NCBI GenBank assembly: GCA_048886185.1
Contig: JBHLKY010000061.1
Span: forward strand, 1 to 5,578
Length of the DNA stretch: 5,578 nucleotides
Reading direction: 5' to 3'
From: Candidatus Hermodarchaeota archaeon
GTDB taxonomy: Archaea; Asgardarchaeota; Heimdallarchaeia; Hodarchaeales; Hodarchaeaceae
Every line of letters begins with the position of its first letter. Positions within the stretch are counted from its first letter, which is position 1. Under the pieces are notes generated by a model. The model was not told the DNA's origin, did not search any database, and saw only the letters and a list, made by a program, of their open reading frames with translations. Position numbers and translations under genes: made by a program. Shown here piece by piece: positions 5,390 to 5,578 of the stretch.

Positions 5390-5578
5390 GTGATGAGTCT
5401 TTACAGTCTTAATCTTAGGGAAACAGTTGTACTGACCATGATATCTGAGAATTATTTCGATTTACTCATATCCTCTACAGTGCCAATAGCCATAATCGTT
5501 TATTTAAGTCGCAAGGAAGATGCTTTTCTCATTGGAGAGACAGACATAACAGAAGTCCTCACAGGTACCCTCTATTAA
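5390..5578 (+). CDS. Hypothetical 62-aa ORF, doubtful
   Basis: ORF track only. GTG start, no recognisable motif, one moderately hydrophobic segment (LLISSTVPIAIIVYL). May be non-coding. Confidence 0.2.
   Translation: MMSLYSLNLRETVVLTMISENYFDLLISSTVPIAIIVYLSRKEDAFLIGETDITEVLTGTLY

Noticed and set aside
1-5578. tRNA, rRNA or tRNA-derived att site
   Set aside because: No cloverleaf, T-loop (GTTCRA-type) arm in a tRNA context or rRNA-like segment was recognised. The repeat does not resemble a tRNA 3' end.

Overview
AT-rich window, probably archaeal and possibly Asgard/Heimdallarchaeia-like (inferred from GGTGA-type ribosome-binding sites, a BRE/TATA-like promoter, a sequon-rich permease and a NosD-like fragment). 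The core is a three-gene type VII (MacB/FtsX-like) ABC operon on the + strand: a 941-aa permease with two FtsX halves, an ATPase with a C-terminal AbrB/SpoVT-like extension, and a second plain LolD/MacB-type ATPase. The ORF track misses three things. (1) A 30-bp direct repeat (59-88 and 5159-5188; 26/30 identical, first 18 bp exact, conserved internal hairpin) brackets the operon and a downstream small gene as a 5,100-bp unit. (2) The 87-aa zinc-ribbon ORF is the 3' part of a 129-codon membrane-anchored reading frame (4803-5192) broken by one in-frame TGA. (3) A start-less parallel beta-helix (NosD/PbH-like) fragment on the - strand (5357-5196) loses its family pattern 7 nt from the right repeat. 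No integrase, transposase, cas gene or RNA gene is visible, so the mechanism behind the repeats is a hypothesis only.
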